From Patescibacteria group bacterium (GTDB lineage Bacteria > Patescibacteriota > Patescibacteriia > UBA1558 > GWA2-36-10), in assembly GCA_018819405.1 (NCBI GenBank), contig JAHJQF010000001.1:449377-513376 (forward strand): a stretch of 64,000 nucleotides of DNA, in the 5' to 3' direction. The notes below the pieces were generated by a model. The model searched no databases. It was not told the origin of the DNA and saw only the letters and a list, made by a program, of their open reading frames with translations. Of this stretch, positions 10,321 to 19,008 are shown one piece after another (the stretch's first letter is position 1; each line of letters starts with the position of its first letter). The position numbers and the translations under genes were made by a program.

Positions 10321-10857
10321 TTATAATTTTAGCAGGCGGGAGATTCCTTCGCTGGCCGGCATTTCTTCTTTTTCTAAATCTTCATCCATATATCTCAGCA
10401 AAAATTCTCTGATCGTGACCGGATCCTGGTCTTCCAGTGGTATGGTTATTCTTTGTTTAAAATTATTTTTGGGCTGCAGATATAGATTGGTTATTTCTGG
10501 AGGATAGTAGATAATATAAAAATTAGCAAATTGTTTCCACTCCATGAATTTATCATTGATCAGTAGACCGTCTTCAGCCAAGGCCACTTGGACATTGATA
10601 GGATCTTTTTTTTCTAAAGACAGATAGACAACAGCAAACACCAGAAGGATGATGGCAAAGAGTAGGTTGTCGCTAAAATAAGAATAGACTAACATTGCCA
10701 GAAAGACCACGGTAAAGCTAATATACCAAACTTTGCTTTTTTCGTGTTTTATATACTCAGAAAATTCCCAAGCCGCCGCTACTTTACCAAAAATGTCTTC
10801 CAAATTTATTTCTTCTGGTTCGGTTGTATTTTGTTGGTTTTTTTCTTTTTTGGTCAT
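10321..10857 (-). CDS. Conserved CPR-type 2-TM hypothetical protein
   Basis: W..SEY..HEKS..WY motif, two TM helices, PH-like C-terminus ending SRLLKL. Confidence 0.75.
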   Translation of the reverse strand: MTKKEKNQQNTTEPEEINLEDIFGKVAAAWEFSEYIKHEKSKVWYISFTVVFLAMLVYSYFSDNLLFAIILLVFAVVYLSLEKKDPINVQVALAEDGLLINDKFMEWKQFANFYIIYYPPEITNLYLQPKNNFKQRITIPLEDQDPVTIREFLLRYMDEDLEKEEMPASEGISRLLKL

Positions 10858-10931
10858 ATTTTTATCCTATTAGTGATGGTTTTATTATATCATAGTTTAT
10901 TAAATAAAAAAAACACCCAATTGGTGTATAT

Positions 10932-11007
10932 TGGTGTCCCCGAGAGGAGTCGAACCTCTGACCTTTTGGACCGCAACCAAACGCTCTATCCACTGAGCTA
11001 CGAGGAC
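10932..11007 (-). tRNA. tRNA-Arg(GCG)
   Basis: Cloverleaf gtcctcgtagctcagtggatagagcg-tttgg-ttGCGgt-ccaaa-aggtcagaggttcgactcctctcggggacacca with encoded CCA. Confidence 0.95.
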
Positions 11008-11019
11008 TAAATTTAAACT

Positions 11020-11073
11020 CATCAGGCTGGAACCGTGTTCCGAATAAGCCCAGTAACAAGATTCTACAATATT
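11020..11073 (-). repeat. 54-bp direct repeat, copy 1 (copy 2 at 13195-13248)
   Basis: 48/54 identical by manual alignment. Confidence 0.9.
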
Positions 11074-11089
11074 CTGATTAAAAAATCAA
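11061..11089 (-). promoter_or_regulatory. Sigma70 promoter for tRNA-Arg
   Basis: TTGATT-17 bp-TAGAAT on the minus strand. Confidence 0.65.
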
Positions 11090-11163
11090 GGGAGACTTGT
11101 GGCGCTTGTTTTTTATTAAAAAGTGACATATTATTAATTTAATAATTAAATAATATAAAATAT

Positions 11164-12216
11164 ATGAGATATATAAAGAAATTAGATTTTATATGCAAAA
11201 CATCAGGGAGTCTTTTATTTGTAGTAGTGATAGGGCTAGCCGGTCCAGTCTGGGCAGCGAGCACTGATTATTATATGAAAATTGACGATATTCAAGGTGA
11301 GTCAAAAGAAGCTGAGGAATCTGGTCCTCCAATTTCTGGTATTGATATCAATGGAGAAGATGATCTGGATAGCGATGGGCGCGCCGAAACGCGTATTACT
11401 GGTGTTGAGCCAGATGAGATTGACTATGATAGCTCTCAAGAAACAAATTTTGGTGTGCTTTTAGATAGTGGTAATAGCGGCGAAGATTCAAATGAAACCA
11501 AAGATTCAGGTCAAGATACAACAGTGAGAGTTCAGGAAGAAGGTGTAGCCAATACTGGTATTGAGCCTGATGAGATTGATGTGGCAATTGACAATGAAAC
11601 AAGCGCTGCGGTTGATGTGTTTATCAAAATTCCACCGATTGATGGTGAGAGCGATGAGAAGATGGTAGGGCTTGATGGTTTGTATATTGACTATCGTGAT
11701 GATGATTCAGATGATGACAATTTGGAGGCTGATCACGAAGCCGAGATTACACTCAAGGGACAAGCAGGCGAAGCTAGAACCTCTGTCCAATATCCATATA
11801 AACTTGGTACTCATATTAGGGTAGATGCCAAGTTAGTGCGCGCTTGGGATCAAGAAACAAAAGAGGCTGTTCGTAGCCGTCTAGCTAGTAGGGATGCCAA
11901 AAATGATACTGCTGATATTGGATTGTTTGTAGCCCTTCAAGCACTGGACAATGAGGCCATAACTGATATTAATATTGAAGATGATACAACGGTTGTATCT
12001 TATACTACCAAGCTCTCAGTATTTGGTTTTATCCCTGTAGAAATAAAAGCTGAAGCTAGAGTAGCCAAGGATGGTGAGGTAAAAGTCAAATATCCTTGGT
12101 GGCACTTCTTGGCAAGAAAAAGCTCTGATGATACGTATCGTAATATAGCGACAGAGATTAGTGCCCGCATTGCTATAGAAGAAGAAGGTATTCCAGCGGT
12201 TGATGAAAAAAATTAA
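11164..12216 (+). CDS. Secreted acidic low-complexity protein with two Hcp-N-terminus-like motifs
   Basis: Signal peptide (..PVWA); D/E-rich; GxEPDEID twice; C-terminal FGFIPV...KYPWWHFL domain. Confidence 0.75.
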   Translation: MRYIKKLDFICKTSGSLLFVVVIGLAGPVWAASTDYYMKIDDIQGESKEAEESGPPISGIDINGEDDLDSDGRAETRITGVEPDEIDYDSSQETNFGVLLDSGNSGEDSNETKDSGQDTTVRVQEEGVANTGIEPDEIDVAIDNETSAAVDVFIKIPPIDGESDEKMVGLDGLYIDYRDDDSDDDNLEADHEAEITLKGQAGEARTSVQYPYKLGTHIRVDAKLVRAWDQETKEAVRSRLASRDAKNDTADIGLFVALQALDNEAITDINIEDDTTVVSYTTKLSVFGFIPVEIKAEARVAKDGEVKVKYPWWHFLARKSSDDTYRNIATEISARIAIEEEGIPAVDEKN

Positions 12217-12235
12217 GTAAGTAGAAAACAGACAA

Positions 12236-12276
12236 CTAAAAAACCACCCCGAGTGGCATTGAGGGGTGGTTTTTAG
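12236..12276. terminator. Bidirectional intrinsic terminator
   Basis: aaaaaccacccc / ggggtggttttt stem between convergent genes. Confidence 0.75.
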
Positions 12277-12282
12277 TATTTA

Positions 12283-12471
12283 CTAGCTGAGCAATCCTGC
12301 TAGGCGTAGTAAGTAGAGAAATAGTCCGATTGAGACGATAAATATCGCGAAGCCAAGGCTTAAGCCAATCGGAGAGCCCCACTCGTCCCACTTTTGTCTG
12401 CGAGATTTTCGCTCTAGCCAATATCTCTCATCAGCCGTAAGACTAAGTTTGTCGTTTTCTTTTTGATCCAT
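12283..12471 (-). CDS. Small hypothetical membrane protein
   Basis: MDQKENDK... with a C-terminal TM; ATG at 12471 preferred over the upstream track start. Confidence 0.55.
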   Translation of the reverse strand: MDQKENDKLSLTADERYWLERKSRRQKWDEWGSPIGLSLGFAIFIVSIGLFLYLLRLAGLLS

Positions 12472-12657
12472 AAAAAGTATAATAAAAAATTGAATTATAT
12501 TATCCAATCGACCTTTTTGGATAATTTTGGGGCTCTTGATTTTTTTTGATTGGGACTCCTTGGTGTGTCTCAAGAGCAAGACGGAGTACAAACTCCAATA
12601 TTTATATATATTAACTTATTTTTTATTTTACGGCAAATCCTTTGTATTATGGGTTTT

Positions 12658-13038
12658 CTATCCTTCTACTTCCACACTAAAACCTCCGTAGGCCATACGC
12701 TGCATATCAAAAGGCATAGAAAGATCTTTTGCGTCCTTGTATTTTTCGTTCATTTCATCCATCACTTTTTTATTGACTTCGCCGCGATGCTGTTTGGACT
12801 CAAATACAATAAATGAAAACCAGACAGTCTCGTCTGCGTTTGCTTTTGCCAGCGCAGTAAAGGCAAGTGGTTTCATACCGCCTGTTTCTTTGGGCTCAAG
12901 ATCATCACCCTTACATTCATAATATTCAAGGGCACCGTGCTTCATCCACATATCGCGGCCTTCGCTGGCCATCTTGGTATATTCTTGTGTTTTGTCTTTG
13001 GGGACTACGAGCACAAAACCATCTATATATTTTGACAT
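12658..13038 (-). CDS. DUF1428 (YbaA-like) protein
   Basis: YIDGFVLVVP, HGALEYYEC.GDD, ETVWFSFI, MPFDMQRMAYGGF. Confidence 0.92.
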   Translation of the reverse strand: MSKYIDGFVLVVPKDKTQEYTKMASEGRDMWMKHGALEYYECKGDDLEPKETGGMKPLAFTALAKANADETVWFSFIVFESKQHRGEVNKKVMDEMNEKYKDAKDLSMPFDMQRMAYGGFSVEVEG

Positions 13039-13184
13039 ATTTTTTTATCTTAATGATTAATTAAGTTTATTTTAGCAAATTCTCTATTGAAACGCCAATA
13101 ACTCATTTCTGCGTATTTGTAAATTTAAATCAAAAAACACCCAATTTGGGTGCTTTATCTAAAGCTCATCGTGCTAGCACGATG

Positions 13185-13226
13185 TGGCGGGCTACATCGG
13201 ACTGGAACCGTATTCCGAGTAAGCCC
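13185..13226 (-). ncRNA. Putative tRNA-like minihelix RNA (acceptor stem + T arm + CCA) or tRNA remnant
   Basis: GGGCUUAC-UCGGA-AUACGG-UUCCAGU-CCGAU-GUAGCCC-G-CCA; TAGAAT -10 at 13236-13241; hairpin plus U-run at 13132-13152. Confidence 0.45.
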
Positions 13227-13278
13227 AGTAAGGAGATTCTACAATATTTTTCATTATAAATTAATAGATGCTCGTGCG

Positions 13279-14184
13279 CTATATGTTAATTTTCTTGCTC
13301 AAAAAACTTATATATAGAGATTGCATTTTCTTTAAACCAGACGGTATCAACATCATAAAAGGTTTTAGTAGTTGTGGCAACATAATATTCATAAGGCCAA
13401 GTGAAATAATAACATACATCACTGTTAAAAAAATATTACTAAATATATTTATCATCCACTCTGACTTATAGTTATTAACAAAAAAAATGGAATAGACGAG
13501 CAGATGTATAAAACTGTATATAAAAGCAACTTGTGGCTTTACTTTGTAACCAAATATATCTATTGGTTCTTCTTTTTTAGACTTACCAATAGAAGGATCA
13601 AATACCCCCGCACGAGTTTTAGGATCAATAGGATTCTGAAAAATTTCAAACTTTTGTCCTGATCTTAAACTTTCAATCCATGACAATGTATAAAAAAGAA
13701 ATTTAAAAAATCCTGCAAGTACTATACGAAACCAAAACAATTTTATTCTTAGTGGAAATCCTCTTAATTTTTTAAGGGGTTTCTCATGTAAACTTTCAAG
13801 TTTTACAAGTATGTCATGAGCATCAATAAGCTTGTATATTTTCTTATTTTTTTCAAAAAATTCTCCTGTTTCAAAATTACAAAAAAAATCATCTGATCGC
13901 AAATCAATCCGATCAAATAAGCCCTTGATTCTTTCCCCACTTGATGCAAGTATAATTCCTTCTTCTGTCTTTTTCCCATAACTTACTGACACATAAATTT
14001 GTTTTAAGGGATTTATACTATCTAGTTCTTTTTTAGGGATAGTAATTTTAAACAAAGAGGCATAATCACCTGAATGTTCCTTCATTGTACTAAACCCAAA
14101 AGTACCATCAACATAATCAATAGGTTCATGAAAAGACGAAAACGGCAATTCAAATTTATTTTTAAAACTTACTTTATCTAACAT
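13279..14184 (-). CDS. Hypothetical membrane protein
   Basis: 301-aa ORF, very AT-rich, about three TM segments; no family recognised. Confidence 0.7.
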   Translation of the reverse strand: MLDKVSFKNKFELPFSSFHEPIDYVDGTFGFSTMKEHSGDYASLFKITIPKKELDSINPLKQIYVSVSYGKKTEEGIILASSGERIKGLFDRIDLRSDDFFCNFETGEFFEKNKKIYKLIDAHDILVKLESLHEKPLKKLRGFPLRIKLFWFRIVLAGFFKFLFYTLSWIESLRSGQKFEIFQNPIDPKTRAGVFDPSIGKSKKEEPIDIFGYKVKPQVAFIYSFIHLLVYSIFFVNNYKSEWMINIFSNIFLTVMYVIISLGLMNIMLPQLLKPFMMLIPSGLKKMQSLYISFLSKKINI

Positions 14185-14277
14185 AATTTATATACTTAAT
14201 ATAGTCATATTATCTCAATTATAATTAATGGTCAAACAAAAAAACAGCCCTTAAATATAGGGTGTTTTTTAACATCC

Positions 14278-14511
<234 letters not shown>

Positions 14512-14589
14512 ACATTAATTAGTAGGATAATAAACTAATTGATCTAGCAATTAATCAATTAAGCAATTATACTATTAGCTATTATTTTC

Positions 14590-14677
<88 letters not shown>

Positions 14678-14704
14678 TTATTATAAAACAAATTTGAAAG
14701 TTTT

Positions 14705-14721
14705 TCCCGCCAAAGGCGGGA
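14705..14721. repeat. Short GC-rich REP-like hairpin
   Basis: tcccgcc-aaa-ggcggga. Confidence 0.55.
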
Positions 14722-14765
14722 TTGCTGTTTATTCCCAATCGCTACACTCTTGGACAAACAGGGAA

Positions 14766-14801
14766 CAAGACCGCCGCATTCGACCACTCTGCTAACTCTT
14801 C
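14766..14801 (-). pseudogene. 5' half of tRNA-Ser(TGA), truncated within the anticodon
   Basis: gaagagttagcagagtggtcgaatgcggcggtcttg matches the first 36 nt of the intact tRNA with 3 substitutions, then diverges. Confidence 0.85.
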
Positions 14802-14944
14802 TAGTCAATAATAACTGCTATATAATAATATATTCTATCATTTTTGTAAAGAGTAATTAATTTATTATAAAATATGCATAAAACGTGTCTGGGGCTGGTT
14901 TTGGGAGGGTTTTTTTGCTATAATTAATACATAACTATATTATT

Positions 14945-15475
14945 ATGCAAAAAAAGATTATCCGATTGGCCATTATAACAGTGGTTATATTACTAATCCC
15001 TTTGATTGCCAGTCAATTTACCAAAGATGTAAAGTGGGACTGGTTTGATTTTATTTTGATGGGTATTTTGATATTTGGCACTGGGCTAGCTTATGAATTA
15101 ATATCCAAAAGATCAGATAAGTATGAATACAAAGCGGCTATTGGCATTGGACTATTGGGAGGGTTTTTACTTTTTTGGGTAAATGGAGCAGTTGGTATTA
15201 TTGGTAGTGAGGATGAGTCTATTAATTTGCTATATTTTTTCGTGTTGCTTATTGGACTGATTGGTTCTTTTGTAGTGCGCTTAAAAGCGCGCGGCATGAT
15301 TTATATATTATTGTCTATGGCTGTTCTTCAAATGTTGGTGCCAGTCATTGCTTTGATTGGGAAACAGTTGGACTTTGATCCTAGCGTGTTGGGAGTGTTT
15401 GCTCTTAATGTATTTTTTGCTACGATTTTTGTCCTATCGGCTCTACTTTTTAGGCGGGCTGATTCAAAAAAATAA
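14945..15475 (+). CDS. Hypothetical multi-TM membrane protein
   Basis: LLIPL.A.QF...V.W...DF and WVNGAVGIIGSE motifs; about six TM helices; TGcTATAAT upstream. Confidence 0.8.
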   Translation: MQKKIIRLAIITVVILLIPLIASQFTKDVKWDWFDFILMGILIFGTGLAYELISKRSDKYEYKAAIGIGLLGGFLLFWVNGAVGIIGSEDESINLLYFFVLLIGLIGSFVVRLKARGMIYILLSMAVLQMLVPVIALIGKQLDFDPSVLGVFALNVFFATIFVLSALLFRRADSKK

Positions 15476-15503
15476 ATAGCTTATAAATATTAAAAATAAA
15501 ATT

Positions 15504-15680
15504 ATGGCAAAAGGCAGCGGAGCAGGGGGTGGAGCAGTCTATGGTCTTGGCTTGATAGGCGCTCTGGTCTACTATATACAAAACGCAGATTCATTTATGG
15601 CCGGCTTTATTGGCATGCTCAAAGCAGTAATCTGGCCAGCGATGCTAGTTTATCACTTGTTGGAATTTTTGCAGATTTAA
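15504..15680 (+). CDS. Small conserved membrane protein (58 aa, absent from the ORF track)
   Basis: MAKGSGAGGGAVYGLGLIGALVYYIQNADSFMAGFIGMLKAVIWPAMLVYHLLEFLQI; resembles a widespread GAVYGLG...LKA.VWPA.LVY small-protein family. Confidence 0.8.
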   Translation: MAKGSGAGGGAVYGLGLIGALVYYIQNADSFMAGFIGMLKAVIWPAMLVYHLLEFLQI

Positions 15681-15683
15681 ATA

Positions 15684-16421
15684 TCAGTTTTTGGCAATCA
15701 CCAGACAACTGATATTTTGCCAGCCATGTGACTTTAGAGTCCTGGCGGCCTGATTGAGTGTTGAGCCAGTAGTGACTACGTCATCTATTAAAAGTATACT
15801 CGGACAGTTTTGGGAAAATCCCAGGGCTGTTTTTGATAGCCTAAAAGCATTATTTACATTTTGCTCTCGGGATTTTTTGTCCAGCTGAGCTTGGGCTTTG
15901 GTGTGTTTTACTCTTTTCAGTAGAGGATAGTATGGCTTGTCTAGGCGCTGGGCTAGTTTTTTAGCTACGAGTTCTGTCTGGTCAAAGCCACGAATTTTTC
16001 TTTTTTTGTTGTGTAGTGGTACGTTGCAAATTATAGTATTATTTGGCAGATTAAGACGGCGGCTTTGTTTTTCTAAAATATCAGTCAAAAGATTGGCCAT
16101 ATGTTCCAGATAGCTATATTTGTATTTTTTGAGAATTTTTTGGACTGTTTTGTTTTGGTACTGACAACAGATATAACAGGCGTCAAAATAAAAATCTGTC
16201 TGGTCGGGCCAGCTGACTTGATTGTCGTATTCTAGTATTATGTCACTCAAACAATAGCCACAGCAAAGACTACCTTCTCGGTGGCAATTTATACAAAATT
16301 GTGGCCAGATAAAATCTAGTAAATTGTTTAGAATTTTTTTTACCCAATTAAAAATTATAGTGAAAATATTTTCCTTTTTTAAAATAGTAAAATTTTGTGA
16401 ATTTCTAACTGGGTTTAGCAT
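15684..16421 (-). CDS. comF: ComF family protein (zinc ribbon + phosphoribosyltransferase domain)
   Basis: CxxC...CxxC, VPLH..K...RGFDQ, LLIDDVVTTGSTL. True start may be downstream because the first codons overlap a degenerate repeat. Confidence 0.92.
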   Translation of the reverse strand: MLNPVRNSQNFTILKKENIFTIIFNWVKKILNNLLDFIWPQFCINCHREGSLCCGYCLSDIILEYDNQVSWPDQTDFYFDACYICCQYQNKTVQKILKKYKYSYLEHMANLLTDILEKQSRRLNLPNNTIICNVPLHNKKRKIRGFDQTELVAKKLAQRLDKPYYPLLKRVKHTKAQAQLDKKSREQNVNNAFRLSKTALGFSQNCPSILLIDDVVTTGSTLNQAARTLKSHGWQNISCLVIAKN

Positions 16422-16438
16422 CGCTTTTCTTTATTGTT

Positions 16439-16535
16439 TGTCATTGCGAGAAGTCACGCCTTGGCGAGACGACGAAGCAATCTATGTTGTTTTAGATTGC
16501 CACGCGCCTCGCTATGCTCGGCGCTCGCAATGACA
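16439..16535. repeat. Palindromic element (tgtcattgcgag...gcaatct...agattgc...ctcgcaatgaca)
   Basis: 12-bp terminal IR (16439-16450 / 16524-16535) plus inner IR gcaatcta / tagattgc. Confidence 0.8.
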
Positions 16536-16541
16536 GAAAAA

Positions 16542-19007
16542 TTATCTTATGGCAATTTTTTTGCCTTGTAAAAATACTTTTATTTTTTGGGTTTTTTTGT
16601 CTAGTAATTGAGAGGCTAGAGTATTGGTCAGATATTGGTCTACCAGTCTTTTGAGGCTGCGAGCGCCATCTTGAGTGGCATTTTCTATATTAAGTAGATA
16701 ATTGATTATCTTGGCATCTAGCTCTATAGCTATACCCTGCTCATTGAGCCTTTGTTTTATTTGCTCTAGCTCTGCGCGGATTATTTTGCGAGCGGCTGAT
16801 TTGTCCAAGGCTTCAAAGGCCAGTATCTTGTCTATTCTATTGGTAAACTCTGGTGGAAAATAACGATTAAGAGAAGATAATATTTCTTGGCTGAGATTTT
16901 TGAAATCATTTTTACTTTCGTCAGTGTCAAAACCCATCACTGCTTGACGATTAAATTCTTTGAGGCCGACATTGGAAGTCATGACAATAATAGTATTTCT
17001 AAAATTGACAGTTTTGCCGGTGGCATCAGTCAATTCTCCTTCTTCTAGGATTGGCAAAAGCAGGCTAAAGACATCGGGATGCGCTTTTTCTATTTCATCA
17101 AATAGGACTAGGCTATAGGGTTTGTTTTTGACCAAATCAGTCAGCTTGTTGCCTTCGCGGTAGCCAACATAGCCGGCGGGTGAACCAATCAGCTTGGAAA
17201 TATTGAATTTTTCGGAAAATTCACTCATATCAATCCTAGTCATATTTTTGCTGCCACCAAAAACATGTTTGGCGATTTGTTTGGCAGTTTCGGTCTTGCC
17301 TACGCCACTGGGTCCCAAAAACATAAAGCTAGCCAGAGGGCGATTTTTGTCGTGTAGTCCGGCCTTGGATTTGCGGATAATATCGGCAATGGATTTTAGG
17401 GCAATATCCTGACCAAAAATTTGACTAGATAGTTTGTTTTCCAGATTGACCAGTTGTTTGTTTTCTTCCAGGTTGATAGAGGACAGAGGTACACCGGTAA
17501 TGCGAGAGATTACTTCTTTGATATTATCTTCATTTATCAGGCCGAGATGGATGTTTTTAGTTTTGTCTTCTTTGGCCTGCAATCTCAAAAGGTCTTCCAG
17601 TAGCTCGTCTTCTTGATTTTTGTACTCCAAGGCATCTAGGTAGTTTTCTGATAAAATAGCCTGTTTTTTATTATTTTGGCAGTCAGTTATTTTTTCTTGG
17701 GTTTCTTTAATTTTTTTACTCAAGCCATTTTTGGTATTTTTGACGCGGATTTTGGCGGCAGCTTCATCTATCAGGTCTATGGCTTTGTCGGGTAGTTTTT
17801 TGTCTGGTAAAAATCTTTTGCTCAGTACCACCGCTGATTTCAAAGCGCTGTCTTCAATTTTTACTTTGTGGAATTTTTCATAATTTTGGCGTAGACCTTG
17901 TAAAATTTCCAGAGTCTCTACTTCGGAGGATTCATCAACAATGATAGGCTGAAAGCGTCTTTCCAGAGCTTTGTCACTTTCAATGTGTTTTTTGTACTCA
18001 TCAAAAGTAGTAGCACCGATACATCTGAGCTGTCCGCGTGATAAGGCTGGTTTGAGGATATTGGCGGCATCAAGTGAGCCGGTAGTTGCTCCAGCACCCA
18101 TGATAGTGTGTAATTCGTCTATAAACAAAATAACATCAGGATTATTTTTTATTTCATTGATAGTCTGCTTGAGGCGGCTTTCAAATTCACCTCTATACAT
18201 TGTACCGGCTATCAAGCTGCTGATATCAAGATTTAATATAGTTTTGTTTAGAAGTACATCAGGTACTTTGTTTTCAGTTATTCTTTTGGCTAGGCCTTCA
18301 ATAATGGCAGTTTTACCAACGCCAGCATCGCCCAAAAGCACTGGGTTATTTTTGGTACGGCGAGATAGTATCTCAATCAATCTGTCTATTTCTTGGACGC
18401 GTCCAATGACCGGATCAATGTCTTTTTGGATTTCCAAACTAGTCAGGTTGACAGTATAGCTCTCTAGATTGTTGGGGCTTTTGTCTTCTTCAAAAATGTT
18501 TTCCAATTCTTTGATGTCTTCGTCTATAGTCAGCTCACTGAATTTGGAGGTACTCTTGAGTATCAAATTTAGATGTTGTTTAAGACTGCTGATATTAATA
18601 TTAGCTTTGTTGAGTATCTTGAGGGTATTTTCATGTTCACTTTGGCTGATACCCCACAACAGATGTTCAGTACCAATATATTTGTGCCTAAATTTGTAGG
18701 CAGTGACTACAGCTTTTTCGATGATTCTTTGGGCTTCTTCAGATGGCTGAGGTAGATTTTCCGGATTGATACCAATAGTTTGATAGGTATCCAAGATATT
18801 GTCGTTATTTAAAAAACTGGCGTCAATTTTTTGTTTTATCAAAATGTCTGAACCAAGTGATCCTTTAGTCTTTAAGATGGACACAAAAAGATCTTCCGGC
18901 TCAATAAAATTTCTTTTTTTGGAATAAGCCAGATTTTGGGCACCAATCAGTACTTTTTTGAAGTGCTCAGTGAATTTGTCCAATATATTTTGAGTGTGGT
19001 CTATCAT
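16542..19007 (-). CDS. clpC: ATP-dependent Clp protease ATPase subunit (ClpC-type)
   Basis: Clp N repeats, GDAGVGKT, FIDELH, UVR-like coiled coil, GPSGVGKT, LFDEIEKAHP. Confidence 0.93.
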   Translation of the reverse strand: MIDHTQNILDKFTEHFKKVLIGAQNLAYSKKRNFIEPEDLFVSILKTKGSLGSDILIKQKIDASFLNNDNILDTYQTIGINPENLPQPSEEAQRIIEKAVVTAYKFRHKYIGTEHLLWGISQSEHENTLKILNKANINISSLKQHLNLILKSTSKFSELTIDEDIKELENIFEEDKSPNNLESYTVNLTSLEIQKDIDPVIGRVQEIDRLIEILSRRTKNNPVLLGDAGVGKTAIIEGLAKRITENKVPDVLLNKTILNLDISSLIAGTMYRGEFESRLKQTINEIKNNPDVILFIDELHTIMGAGATTGSLDAANILKPALSRGQLRCIGATTFDEYKKHIESDKALERRFQPIIVDESSEVETLEILQGLRQNYEKFHKVKIEDSALKSAVVLSKRFLPDKKLPDKAIDLIDEAAAKIRVKNTKNGLSKKIKETQEKITDCQNNKKQAILSENYLDALEYKNQEDELLEDLLRLQAKEDKTKNIHLGLINEDNIKEVISRITGVPLSSINLEENKQLVNLENKLSSQIFGQDIALKSIADIIRKSKAGLHDKNRPLASFMFLGPSGVGKTETAKQIAKHVFGGSKNMTRIDMSEFSEKFNISKLIGSPAGYVGYREGNKLTDLVKNKPYSLVLFDEIEKAHPDVFSLLLPILEEGELTDATGKTVNFRNTIIVMTSNVGLKEFNRQAVMGFDTDESKNDFKNLSQEILSSLNRYFPPEFTNRIDKILAFEALDKSAARKIIRAELEQIKQRLNEQGIAIELDAKIINYLLNIENATQDGARSLKRLVDQYLTNTLASQLLDKKTQKIKVFLQGKKIAIR

Positions 19008-19008
19008 A

